Of a DNA stretch of 41,498 nt, positions 1 through 9,512 are shown piece by piece (the first letter of the stretch is position 1; each line of letters starts with the position of its first letter). The position numbers were made by a program, and so were the translations under genes. The notes under the pieces were generated by a model, which searched no databases, had not been told where the DNA came from, and saw only the letters and a program-made list of their open reading frames with translations. Source of the stretch: an uncultured Methanosarcinales archaeon (GTDB taxonomy: Archaea; Nanobdellota; Nanobdellia; Woesearchaeales; CAXGTL01). The stretch spans positions 134,122 to 175,619 of the forward strand of contig CAZHVK010000002.1 of assembly GCA_964535955.1 (NCBI GenBank), in the 5' to 3' direction.

Positions 1-2
1 TA

Positions 3-1088
3 GTTGAACAACTAGATGAGATAAAAATAAAATCAAGATTATTTGTAGGCCAGGCAAAAAAACGAAACAAAGGACTAACACAAAAAAAACAGATAGAGAT
101 CTTAGATTCTTTTAGAAGAAATGAGTTCAATGTTTTAGTTTCTTCAAGTGTAGGTGAAGAAGGTCTTGACATACCAAAGGTAGATTTTGTAATATTTTAT
201 GAACCAGTACCAAGTGCCATTAGGAGTATTCAAAGAAGAGGCAGAACAGCCAGGCACAAAGAAGGTGAAATTTTAATATTAATAACAGAAGGAACTAGAG
301 ATGTATCCTATAGGTGGAGTGCATTTCATAAAGAAAGAAAGATGTTTAGGTCTTTAAAAGAATTAAAACAAAAATTCAAATTAATGAAACGTGAAACCAC
401 TTTAAATAAGTTTATTGAGAAAAAAAAGAAAAAAACTCAAAAAATAAAAATATTTGCAGATTACAGAGAAAAAGGTTCAGGTGTTATCAAAGAACTCATT
501 GAGAATGATGTAGACATTAGTTTAGACAAATTAAATAGTGGAGATTTTGTATTATCATCTAGAGTTGGAGTTGAATATAAAACATCAGATGATTTTGTGA
601 CATCAATCATAGATGGCAGATTATTGCAGCAATTAAAAGAATTAAAAAGAAACTTTGAACTACCGATCATAATAATAGAAGGTGACCAAGATATTTATTC
701 TGTAAGAAATATTAATCCAAATGCAATAAGAGGAATGCTTGCAACAATAAATATTAGTTATGGAATCCCAATCTTATACACAAAAAATTACAAAGACACA
801 TCTGAATTAATGAAAATAATTGCAAAAAGGGAACAAGACAAAACAACTAAAGAATTTTCTTTACATGGTGATAAAAAACCATTAAACTTGAAAGAACAAC
901 AAGAATACTTGATTAGTGCTTTGCCTGGGATTGGTGCAACATTAGCAAAACCTTTGCTCACTAAATTTAAGACAGTGAAGAACATAATCAATGCAAAACA
1001 AGATGAATTAAAACAAGTAGAATTGATTGGTGATAAAAAAGCAAAAAAGATTAAAGATGTTGTTGAAAATGAGTATGAAGAACAATAA
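3..1088 (+). CDS. hef: Hef/ERCC4 helicase-nuclease, 3' part (5' end outside window)
   Basis: Frame is open from position 3, upstream of the listed ORF: SF2 helicase motifs SSVGEEGLDIP and QRRGRTAR, then an ERCC4 nuclease domain (ADYRE, GDF, VEYKT, DGRL, IIIEG) and HhH repeats (LPGIG, VELIG). Confidence 0.93.
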   Translation, partial: VEQLDEIKIKSRLFVGQAKKRNKGLTQKKQIEILDSFRRNEFNVLVSSSVGEEGLDIPKVDFVIFYEPVPSAIRSIQRRGRTARHKEGEILILITEGTRDVSYRWSAFHKERKMFRSLKELKQKFKLMKRETTLNKFIEKKKKKTQKIKIFADYREKGSGVIKELIENDVDISLDKLNSGDFVLSSRVGVEYKTSDDFVTSIIDGRLLQQLKELKRNFELPIIIIEGDQDIYSVRNINPNAIRGMLATINISYGIPILYTKNYKDTSELMKIIAKREQDKTTKEFSLHGDKKPLNLKEQQEYLISALPGIGATLAKPLLTKFKTVKNIINAKQDELKQVELIGDKKAKKIKDVVENEYEEQ

Positions 1089-1131
1089 TATTTATATAAT
1101 CAAAATCAATCCCAACACTTTGGTGAATCAA

Positions 1132-1587
1132 ATGGAACTAGAAAAAGAAAGACAAGAAATACTAGAAAAAGGATTATACTTTAGATTAAATTTAACTGGT
1201 AAGGAATTAAGTAATTCAGAAGAAAGACAAGCACTTTCTAATAAACATAAGCCAAAAGATGATGAAATGGCTTCTGAAATATTAAAAATAATCTATGAAG
1301 AAAAAAAGGAAAAAACACCATGTTTAAGAAGTTTAGACAAAGGTTGGCAAATAAGATATGACTATGGTGGTTGGAGTTCTCATCCTCACCTTGATATTAG
1401 AGCTCCTGATGAAATAAATAAATTAGTTGAAGAATCAATTGAACTTGAAGAAATAAAAGATTTAGCAAGAGATGCATTATATGATATAATCAGAGAAAAT
1501 ATAGTATTAATAGATAGATATCTTCTTCCAGTAGATCAAAAGGTTCCAAGCGGGATAATACAGAAAAGCATAAAAGATTGGTATTAA
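1132..1587 (+). CDS. hypothetical protein
   Basis: ORF with ATG at 1132 after the hef stop; contains IRYD...HPHLD; no family recognised. Confidence 0.6.
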   Translation: MELEKERQEILEKGLYFRLNLTGKELSNSEERQALSNKHKPKDDEMASEILKIIYEEKKEKTPCLRSLDKGWQIRYDYGGWSSHPHLDIRAPDEINKLVEESIELEEIKDLARDALYDIIRENIVLIDRYLLPVDQKVPSGIIQKSIKDWY

Positions 1588-1588
1588 T

Positions 1589-2428
1589 TCAAAAGTTCAT
1601 ACTTCTTAACTTATCCACACGACTTTTAGTACTAGGATGTGTACTAAAAAAAGCAAACAAACCTTTTGCAGTAAATGGATTCAATATAAACAATGAAGCT
1701 GTTGTTTTATTACCAAACCTCATAGGGTGATGTTTAACATTTTGTTCTAACTTTTCCAAAGCAGAAGCCAAGCCAAAAGGATTATGCAAGACTTTAGCAG
1801 CACTTTCATCAGCTAAATATTCACGAGACCTAGAGATACCTAATTGTATCAACATAGCAATAAACGGTGTTAATATTGCCAAAACCAATATCTCCAAACC
1901 ATTATTATCCCTATCACCAAAACCAAATATAGCACTCCACCTAGCAATCATTGCAATATAACTGATGACAGAAGCAATCGTGGCAGCAATTGTAGCTATT
2001 AAAATATCTCTATTCTTCACATGGCTAATTTCATGTGCAATCACACCTTTTAATTCATCTTTGCTCAATAAATCTAAAATACCTTGTGTGCAAGCAATTG
2101 CTGCATGTTTTGGATCACGACCAGTTGCAAAAGCATTTGCATTATCAGTAGGCACAATGTAAACTTTAGGCATTGGAATATTAGCTAGATGCACAACTTC
2201 TTTAACAAGTTTATATAATTCAGGATTATCATGTTCTTCAACCAATTTAGCCTTGTACATCTTTAGAACGATTTTATCAGAGAAAAAATAACTACCAAAA
2301 TTCATTAAAATTGCAAAAACCAAACCAAACATTAAACCTTGCCTGCCTGAGATCAAATATCCAACTAATAAAAGTAATCCAGACAATAATCCTAGTAAAA
2401 AAACAGTTTTTAATTGATTTTTAAACAT
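1589..2428 (-). CDS. htpX: HtpX membrane zinc metalloprotease (M48)
   Basis: NAFATG, HEISH (HExxH), SRSREYLAD and STHP motifs; TM segments. Confidence 0.96.
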   Translation of the reverse strand: MFKNQLKTVFLLGLLSGLLLLVGYLISGRQGLMFGLVFAILMNFGSYFFSDKIVLKMYKAKLVEEHDNPELYKLVKEVVHLANIPMPKVYIVPTDNANAFATGRDPKHAAIACTQGILDLLSKDELKGVIAHEISHVKNRDILIATIAATIASVISYIAMIARWSAIFGFGDRDNNGLEILVLAILTPFIAMLIQLGISRSREYLADESAAKVLHNPFGLASALEKLEQNVKHHPMRFGNKTTASLFILNPFTAKGLFAFFSTHPSTKSRVDKLRSMNF

Positions 2429-2529
2429 TTTAAACCATGAAAAGAAAATTGGTATTTAAAGTTAATGTATATAGTATAACACAATTAACAATAAAGTTTA
2501 TATATAACAAAAAGATAAATATAAACAAT

Positions 2530-3057
2530 ATGAAAAAAAAGAGGTTTCCAGATCTAGACTTTAGTAAAAGTATACTATTGAGCGACATTCTAAAGCTTCA
2601 CATTGAACTATACAAACAAGGAATAACTAAAACACATTATTTAATAGTTATATCTGGTGTGATCTTAAGTTTTGTTATAAATGAAATTTTCAAAAAATCA
2701 TTCTTAGAACAACCATCTCTATTCAGATTAGGAGTAATAATTATTATGGCAGGTACATTACTTACTATATTATTTAGTTTAAGTGCAATAGAATTAACAA
2801 CAAAGAAAAGTAGAAAAAGAATCAATATATTTTTTCATACTCATGAAACAGGTAAATTAGATGAAAAAAGATATGAAAAAGAATTATTAAGATTAGTTAA
2901 CAATGATAAAGAGATAGTACAAGAGTATGCACAAGAGATCTTTGAACTAGAACAACTAATAAAGAAACAATTTGATGCAATAAAGATAGGAACATTCACT
3001 TTAATTGGTTGTTGTTTAGTGGGCGGAGTAATGGTCCTAATCAACCTATTTCTGTAA
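2530..3057 (+). CDS. 3-TM membrane protein resembling Pycsar effector domain (DUF5706/PycTM-like)
   Basis: Two N-terminal TM helices, a soluble segment NIFFHTH...YEKEL...EIFELEQLIKKQF, and a C-terminal TM; this layout matches DUF5706 as I remember it. Confidence 0.5.
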   Translation: MKKKRFPDLDFSKSILLSDILKLHIELYKQGITKTHYLIVISGVILSFVINEIFKKSFLEQPSLFRLGVIIIMAGTLLTILFSLSAIELTTKKSRKRINIFFHTHETGKLDEKRYEKELLRLVNNDKEIVQEYAQEIFELEQLIKKQFDAIKIGTFTLIGCCLVGGVMVLINLFL

Positions 3058-3423
3058 ATTCTTTTCACCTAGTTTATTAACATAGGTTGCAAGACCTTCT
3101 ATCTGTCTTAACTTTGTTTTCCTAAACAAGAAATGTCTAAACTTATTATCTATCTTAACACCCATTTGACCAAGTTTAGAATTAAGTTTGCCATACAATT
3201 GTTTACCTTTTTTATCAAGATCAGTAAGAATAATGCATTCTTTAGTCCTTGCCTCTACTTCTTCTACAACTTCAAACAAAGCTTTGCCATACAAGACCAT
3301 AACATTTGTTATACCAAACTCAGCCAAAGCTTTTCTATCATTCTTGCCTTCGACTATGACAAGGATTCCACTATCCCTAATCTTTTCAAGATGTTCCAGG
3401 ATTTGTTGTGAATTGTTTTTCAT
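3046..3423 (-). CDS. small Toprim-domain protein
   Basis: VIVEGKND and LTDLDKKG (E...DxD Toprim motifs). Confidence 0.88.
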   Translation of the reverse strand: MKNNSQQILEHLEKIRDSGILVIVEGKNDRKALAEFGITNVMVLYGKALFEVVEEVEARTKECIILTDLDKKGKQLYGKLNSKLGQMGVKIDNKFRHFLFRKTKLRQIEGLATYVNKLGEKNLQK

Positions 3424-3524
3424 ATAATAACTAGACACTCCAAAATATATAAATATTACCAAAAATGCAATAAAAAGCTAAAATAACAACAAAACATATA
3501 AACACCTAAACCATCCCAACATGC

Positions 3525-4973
3525 ATGTCAATCTCAAAATCAGAACTCCTACTATATTATAAAAGAAAACCTATTCAACAAGCTATTGTAGAGCATTCTA
3601 AAGACAAAGAGGTTATTGGGAGTTTTGGTGGAACTGGATTTGCAAAAAGGCCAGACATTATCCAATATCCTGCAGAAATACTCGAAGCTGCAAAACAAGG
3701 TATCACAAGCTTTCACTGTTCAGAAGAACTTTGGAATAATACACTACAACTAAGTCCAAGCTTAAACAGAAAACAACTTGATCAATTAAGAAAAGCATGG
3801 GATCTTGTTCTTGACATTGATTGCAAAGAATTAGAATATTCAGCAATAACAGCAGATTTATTAGTACAAGCATTAAAATATCATAACATAAATGCTATAA
3901 GCATTAAATTCTCAGGAAACCACGGATTTCATATTGGAATTCCTTATGAATCCTTCCCAAACATGATCATAGACAAAGGAAAGTTAGTAGAAACAAGATT
4001 ATTATTTCCAGAAGCACCAAGAAGAATAGCTAATTATCTAAAACAAATGATAAAAAACCATTTAAAAGAAAAACTACTAGATTTAGACCAAAACATAGAA
4101 AATATTGCAAAAAGATTCAACAAAACAACACAAGAAATTGGTGGAAGTGATTTTGATCCATTCACAATATTAGAAATAGATACAATTCTAATTTCATCAC
4201 GACACTTATACAGGGCTCCATACTCATTCAATGAAAAGTCTGGCTTAGTATCAATACCAATTGATCCAAACAGAATCATGGACTTTGACAAAAAAAATGC
4301 TATATCTAAAGATATTCTTGTAGATGAAAGATTTAAATTTCTAGATAGAACAAAATGCAAAGAAAACGAAGCAAAGCAATTATTTGTACAAGCATTTGAC
4401 TATGATAGTAAAAAATTAGAAAAAGAAAAATACAAACAAATAACAGAACACCATAAGAGTTTAGGTAGAGACAAATTTGAAGAATTCCAAGATTCTGTTC
4501 CTGAACAATATTTCCCACCATGCATAAAAAAGGTATTAGAAGGTTTAATAGATGGTAAAAAAAGAGCTTTATTCATTCTAATAAACTTTCTTAAGTCTGT
4601 TAACTGGCCATATGACAAGATAGAAGAAAGGATAAAAGAATGGAACAAAGAAAACAAGGAAACATTAAGAGAAAACTATATTGTTGGCCAGCTAAGATAT
4701 CAAAAACACAATAAAGATAAGATATTACCACCAAACTGCAAAAACATAATGTATTACAAAGATCTTCAAATATGTTTACCAGACAATTTATGTGCAAAGA
4801 TAAAGAATCCTGTTAATTATTCTATTATAAAGGTTAAATCAATTGCAAGAGAACAGAAAAAAACTAGCAAAAAACTAACACAAGAAGAAAAAGAACAAAG
4901 AAAAAAGATAAGACAAGAAGAAAAAAGGTTTAAAGAAGAAATGTTAAAAAAGAAAAAAATTAATCAAGAATAA
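3525..4973 (+). CDS. fused archaeal DNA primase (PriS catalytic domain + PriL C-terminal domain)
   Basis: AEP motifs DLVLDID, SGNHGFH and RAPYS, followed by PriL-CTD-like FPPCI...PPNC...C...C.KIKNP. Confidence 0.9.
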   Translation: MSISKSELLLYYKRKPIQQAIVEHSKDKEVIGSFGGTGFAKRPDIIQYPAEILEAAKQGITSFHCSEELWNNTLQLSPSLNRKQLDQLRKAWDLVLDIDCKELEYSAITADLLVQALKYHNINAISIKFSGNHGFHIGIPYESFPNMIIDKGKLVETRLLFPEAPRRIANYLKQMIKNHLKEKLLDLDQNIENIAKRFNKTTQEIGGSDFDPFTILEIDTILISSRHLYRAPYSFNEKSGLVSIPIDPNRIMDFDKKNAISKDILVDERFKFLDRTKCKENEAKQLFVQAFDYDSKKLEKEKYKQITEHHKSLGRDKFEEFQDSVPEQYFPPCIKKVLEGLIDGKKRALFILINFLKSVNWPYDKIEERIKEWNKENKETLRENYIVGQLRYQKHNKDKILPPNCKNIMYYKDLQICLPDNLCAKIKNPVNYSIIKVKSIAREQKKTSKKLTQEEKEQRKKIRQEEKRFKEEMLKKKKINQE

Positions 4974-5485
4974 ATTCCTCTATCTCTATATTCTATATCA
5001 AGAGGTATGCCATTTTGTAAAAGTTGTGAAATCCTTACTTTACCAATTTTATCAACTTTTACTTCTACAGTAACGTTAATCATTGAGAATTTTGCACCTC
5101 TTTCAAAAAAAAATTGTTCAATACCATATTCAATATTAATAGAATTATCATTTACACTAACAATCTTACCTCTTATAAAATCATCAAACTCAGGATAATC
5201 TAAAGTTGCAGTCTTAGGACGGCTGATACCTTCAGAATCTGTCTCAAGGATAACATAAACATAATCGCCTTTTGCAGACTCAGGAATTGATACATCTGAG
5301 ATACTACCAATTTCATAACCAATAATAACATATTGTCCCCTTAAAACATCAAATGGATCTACAGGCCTGGTTTTAAGAACATATGTTTTTCCAACTAACA
5401 ATGGCCAAGACAAAGTCAAAATAACAATACCAAAAACTAATAAAAAGATTATTATAAAGATTTTTAATTTTTTTGTATCCTTCAT
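4964..5485 (-). CDS. GDYXXLXY-family membrane-anchored protein
   Basis: N-terminal TM, PVDPFDVLRGQYVIIGY and YGIEQFF motifs; sits next to a DUF2157 gene as usual. Confidence 0.85.
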   Translation of the reverse strand: MKDTKKLKIFIIIFLLVFGIVILTLSWPLLVGKTYVLKTRPVDPFDVLRGQYVIIGYEIGSISDVSIPESAKGDYVYVILETDSEGISRPKTATLDYPEFDDFIRGKIVSVNDNSINIEYGIEQFFFERGAKFSMINVTVEVKVDKIGKVRISQLLQNGIPLDIEYRDRGIYS

Positions 5486-5497
5486 CTTCTATAAAAA

Positions 5498-6853
5498 TTA
5501 TACTTGATCAATAAGGTTTCTTCTCCATTTTTCTATTAACCAACCACCTACAATAAGCACAATACCTCCTGTAATAAAAATAAGAGCAAGGCTTGTATAA
5601 CCCCATAAATCTATAACAAACCCAATATATCTTGTAACAATATCTAAGCTAAAAGCTATTATTCCTAGATTTATTAATGCTTTAGATTCTTCTAAAGTAC
5701 CATAACCAATTACAGCTAAGATAAAAAGAACAAAAAATGTGTTTATCATTATCCATACAAACCATAAAATACCTGGTATGCTTCTTCTTCTACTAAATCC
5801 ATAATAACTTCTTCCTGATTCCCATTTACACTCCCCTAGTGCTAAACATCCTGATCTTTTATTATTATAAGTATTACATTCATTTTTTTCACTATTTACA
5901 CCATAAATACCACCAAATTCTCCTCTACAACGACTAGTACCCATATCAGTTTGCCACTTACATTTTAATTTTTCAGGTGCATCTTCACATAATTCTTTAG
6001 TATCAAAATCATAACAAGATTTAAGCATGCAATCTCCCATTACCCTAGAAGGCAAATAAGTCAGAAAAGCAGTTCCTATTAATAACACAATAATTGCAGA
6101 GACTACCAAAATTTCTCTTTTTGATACAGATTTTTTAACTAATGAAAAAAGTGCTGCAAACACAAAAGATATAATCGAAATAAAACTTAAAAACAACAAG
6201 AAAATCATATCTGATGAAGCAAATGAGATTTGATTACTTCCCCAAAGCATAGGAATAAACATTTGGAAAGTTAATGTATAAGTAAATGATAAAAAATAAA
6301 AAGCCATCCAAAATTGGAATAATTTTGTAAACTTATGATCATAGGCTTTATGCCACAAAGATAAACTATAAAAAAGAATACCTAATACCAATTGTAAAAA
6401 AACAAACATAATTGGAGGATTATTACTCCCAAAAGCTGCAAACTGGAAATTAATCCATATTAAAAATTCTATTAAAGCTACCACTAAAGTAACATAAGAA
6501 GAAAAAACATAAGCAGAAATAGTAACACCTAGAAATGCAAATAACCAAAGCCAAGCAGTACCTTGTAAACTAACTGAAGTAGAAAAGATTTGTGCAATCA
6601 AAAAAATACTCAATGTATATAATAAAGCTCCTAAAACAAATAATGATTGACCAATTTTAGGATAATGCTTTTCTCTTAAAAAAATGCCTACAGCATAAGA
6701 ACATAATGTAAGAACAAGAAGAATTAATATCTTAAACACAGAATGTATAATGTGCCAATTTTGAGCAATAAGCCATGCAAAACCAACTCCAATTAATATA
6801 GAACCAATAATTGCAATTATTGTACCAAATGATGCTGCTTTTTTATTAAACAT
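5498..6853 (-). CDS. DUF2157-family multi-pass membrane protein with Cys-rich loop
   Basis: IGSILIGVGFAWLIAQNW and IFLIAQIF motifs; many TM helices; paired with the GDYXXLXY gene. Confidence 0.8.
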   Translation of the reverse strand: MFNKKAASFGTIIAIIGSILIGVGFAWLIAQNWHIIHSVFKILILLVLTLCSYAVGIFLREKHYPKIGQSLFVLGALLYTLSIFLIAQIFSTSVSLQGTAWLWLFAFLGVTISAYVFSSYVTLVVALIEFLIWINFQFAAFGSNNPPIMFVFLQLVLGILFYSLSLWHKAYDHKFTKLFQFWMAFYFLSFTYTLTFQMFIPMLWGSNQISFASSDMIFLLFLSFISIISFVFAALFSLVKKSVSKREILVVSAIIVLLIGTAFLTYLPSRVMGDCMLKSCYDFDTKELCEDAPEKLKCKWQTDMGTSRCRGEFGGIYGVNSEKNECNTYNNKRSGCLALGECKWESGRSYYGFSRRRSIPGILWFVWIMINTFFVLFILAVIGYGTLEESKALINLGIIAFSLDIVTRYIGFVIDLWGYTSLALIFITGGIVLIVGGWLIEKWRRNLIDQV

Positions 6854-7014
6854 ATTATTAAGAAATATTGATAAGAACTATATAAACCTTTCTAGCTTAG
6901 AAATAAAAGTATTATAGGTATTTACAAAGTCCTTGTACCACAACTTTATATCACAAAAAGGATATAAATTTTTGAATATAAAGGTTCTAAAATTTATAAC
7001 AAATTTCAGATACA

Positions 7015-7022
7015 TTTATAAA
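7015..7022 (+). promoter_or_regulatory. TATA box of the r-protein superoperon
   Basis: TTTATAAA about 230 nt upstream of the uL3 ATG. Confidence 0.5.
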
Positions 7023-7054
7023 GAAACATAATTTTCAACAACATAGTGTGAAGG

Positions 7055-7213
7055 TGTGTTTAAACCTTATATGCAATAAATAAACACATAATAACTGTCC
7101 TTAAGCCTGAAAAATTAAATTTTTCAGTACAGAAGAGGCGAAGAAAGCTCGTTCTGTCTGAAAATAATAAAAATAAAGGTTTCTAGATGGGTTTAATGCT
7201 TAAAAAAGCATTA
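7055..7213 (+). promoter_or_regulatory. structured 5' leader of the uL3 operon (four hairpins)
   Basis: Inverted repeats TGTGTTTA/TAAACACA, CTGAAAAATT/AATTTTTCAG, ACAGAA/TTCTGT and TAATGCTT/AAGCATTA. Confidence 0.45.
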
Positions 7214-7253
7214 TTAACTTATATGGGGTGTTCAAAGCTAACTATAAAACACA

Positions 7254-8237
7254 ATGCCAACAATTAGAAAACCAAGAGCAGGAAGTTTGCAGTTTTGGCC
7301 TAGAAAAAGGGCTAAAAGAGAATATGCTAGAGTTAGATCTTATAAAAAATCAAAAGAAAATAAACTCTTAGGGTTTCCAGGTTACAAAGCAGGCATGACT
7401 CATGTGCTCCACATTGACAACAGAAAAGCATCTTTAACAAAAGGCACAGAAATCAGTTGTCCTGTCACAATCATTGAGTGCCCAAATATCAAAATTGCTT
7501 CTATACGTTTTTACAAAGATTCTCCATCAACATATGGTCTTAAACTAATGGGTGAAGTCTTTACAGAAAAGCTAGACAAAGAATTATCAAGAAAAATCAA
7601 ATTACCAAAAAAGAAAAACAAAAATATAGACGATTTCAAAGACTTTGATGAAGTTAGAGTAAATGTTTATACTCAACCTAAATTAACAGGTATTGGCAAA
7701 AAAAAACCAGAATTTTTTGAGATGAGAATAGGCGGAAACAAAGAAGAACAACTAAAATATGCAACAGAAAATCTTGGCAAAGAAGTCAAAATAACAGATG
7801 TATTCAGACCAGGCCAGCAAGTAGACATTCATGGTGTGACAAAAGGTAAAGGATATCAAGGTGTTGTAAAAAGAATGGGTGTTGGATTAAGAAGTCACAA
7901 ATCAGAAAAAGCAATCAGAGGAGCTGTAACTGCACCTGAAGGTATTTCAAAGATAAAATACACAGCACCAATGGCTGGTAGAATGGGTTATCATCTTAGA
8001 ACAGAATTCAATAAATGGTTAATAAAGATTTCAGAAAAACCAGAAGAAGTAAATCCTAAAGGTGGATTCATCAATTATGGTCTTGTAAAAAATAATTATA
8101 TAATTGTAAAAGGTTCAATACCAGGACCAAAAAAAAGAATTATGATTGTAACAGACCCTATGAGACCAAACAAACTAATTCCAAACAGTGCTCCTGACAT
8201 TACACATATAAGTTTAGAATCAAAACAAGGTAGATAA
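7254..8237 (+). CDS. rpl3: 50S ribosomal protein uL3
   Basis: PRAGSLQFWPRKR, GYKAGMTH, TKGKGYQGVVKR. Confidence 0.98.
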   Translation: MPTIRKPRAGSLQFWPRKRAKREYARVRSYKKSKENKLLGFPGYKAGMTHVLHIDNRKASLTKGTEISCPVTIIECPNIKIASIRFYKDSPSTYGLKLMGEVFTEKLDKELSRKIKLPKKKNKNIDDFKDFDEVRVNVYTQPKLTGIGKKKPEFFEMRIGGNKEEQLKYATENLGKEVKITDVFRPGQQVDIHGVTKGKGYQGVVKRMGVGLRSHKSEKAIRGAVTAPEGISKIKYTAPMAGRMGYHLRTEFNKWLIKISEKPEEVNPKGGFINYGLVKNNYIIVKGSIPGPKKRIMIVTDPMRPNKLIPNSAPDITHISLESKQGR

Positions 8238-8247
8238 AAATAACAAA

Positions 8248-9054
8248 ATGAAACTAGACATAATAAACAAAGAAAATAAAGAAACAGGAAAAATAGATTT
8301 ACCTAATCAATTTTCTGAACAAATAAGACCAAATCTGATAAAAAGAGCTGTACTAACAATACAAAGTCATAATTACCAACCTTATGGAAGTGACCCTGAA
8401 GCAGGAAAAAAATCATCTGCAGAAATAAGCAGAAGAAGAAGAAAATATAGAGGATCATATGGCCATGGAATATCAAGAGTACCAAGAAAGATTCTAAGTA
8501 GGAGAGGAACAAGATTTAATTGGGTTGGAGCTTTTGCACCAGGCACTGTAGGTGGTAGAAGAGCTCACCCGCCAAAAGCAGAGAAAAAGCTTGAAAAAAA
8601 AATAAACAAAAAAGAAAATAGAAAAGCAATTAGAAGTGCATTATCAGCTTCATTAAATAAAGAATTAGTCAAAAAAAGAGGACATAAGGTTCCTAAAAAT
8701 TATCCTTTTATAATTGATAATGATTTTGAAAAAATAAAAAAAACAAAAGATGCTAGAACAGCATTTATTGCAATTGGTCTGCAAGATGAATTAAAAAGAT
8801 GTAGAGTAAAAAAAATAAGAGCTGGTAAAGGTAAGATGAGAGGCAGAAAATACAGAATAAAAAAAGGCCCTTTACTTGTTGTTGGTGATAATTGCGATCT
8901 CATGAAGAGTGCAAGAAATTTTTTAGGAATTGAGATTGTTAAAGTAAACGAAGTTAATGCAAAGCTGCTTGCACCTGGTTGTGATGTAGGAAGATTAACA
9001 TTATTTACAAAAAATGCAATTGAAAAATTAGAAAAAGATAAATTATTTATGTGA
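8248..9054 (+). CDS. rpl4: 50S ribosomal protein uL4
   Basis: GHGISRVPR, GGRRAHPPK, RAGKGKMRGR, LAPG. Confidence 0.98.
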   Translation: MKLDIINKENKETGKIDLPNQFSEQIRPNLIKRAVLTIQSHNYQPYGSDPEAGKKSSAEISRRRRKYRGSYGHGISRVPRKILSRRGTRFNWVGAFAPGTVGGRRAHPPKAEKKLEKKINKKENRKAIRSALSASLNKELVKKRGHKVPKNYPFIIDNDFEKIKKTKDARTAFIAIGLQDELKRCRVKKIRAGKGKMRGRKYRIKKGPLLVVGDNCDLMKSARNFLGIEIVKVNEVNAKLLAPGCDVGRLTLFTKNAIEKLEKDKLFM

Positions 9055-9060
9055 TAATAT

Positions 9061-9495
9061 ATGACAAAGAAAAAACAAGAAAAAAAAAGTCAGGACAAGA
9101 AACAAGTAGTTGAAAAACCTAAGAAAAAACAAGAAACAGTAGCTAAAAAAGCAGAAACAAAGAAAATATCAGACTCAAAAGAAAACAAAAACACAAAAAA
9201 ATCATTAAAAAAGTCAAAACAATTAAAAAAATTTTATGATCCTTATAAAACAATTATTTACCCAGTTTCAACAGAAAAATCAATAAGATTAATGGAATCT
9301 GAGAACAAACTAATATTCAGAGTTTCATTAAAAGCAAAAAAATCAGAAATAAAACAGGCACTAGAAGATCTGTTCAAAGTAAAAATCATCAGTGTAAAAA
9401 CATTAATAACACAAAAAGGACATAAAAGAGCCTATGTTAAATTTAGTGATGAAACACCAGCAATTGACATTGCAACACAGTTAGGCATGATGTAA
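9061..9495 (+). CDS. rpl23: 50S ribosomal protein uL23 with Lys-rich N-terminal extension
   Basis: YPVSTEKS, KSEIKQALE, KRAYVK; operon position. Confidence 0.96.
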   Translation: MTKKKQEKKSQDKKQVVEKPKKKQETVAKKAETKKISDSKENKNTKKSLKKSKQLKKFYDPYKTIIYPVSTEKSIRLMESENKLIFRVSLKAKKSEIKQALEDLFKVKIISVKTLITQKGHKRAYVKFSDETPAIDIATQLGMM

Positions 9496-9512
9496 TAATT
9501 ATAGGTAAAACA

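Noticed and set aside
342..1088. Stand-alone XPF/ERCC4 nuclease starting at 342
   Set aside because: The frame continues upstream with helicase motifs, so this is the C-terminus of Hef
7045..7253. SRP RNA or RNase P RNA
   Set aside because: Too AT-rich and lacks the conserved helix-8 or P4 signature sequences
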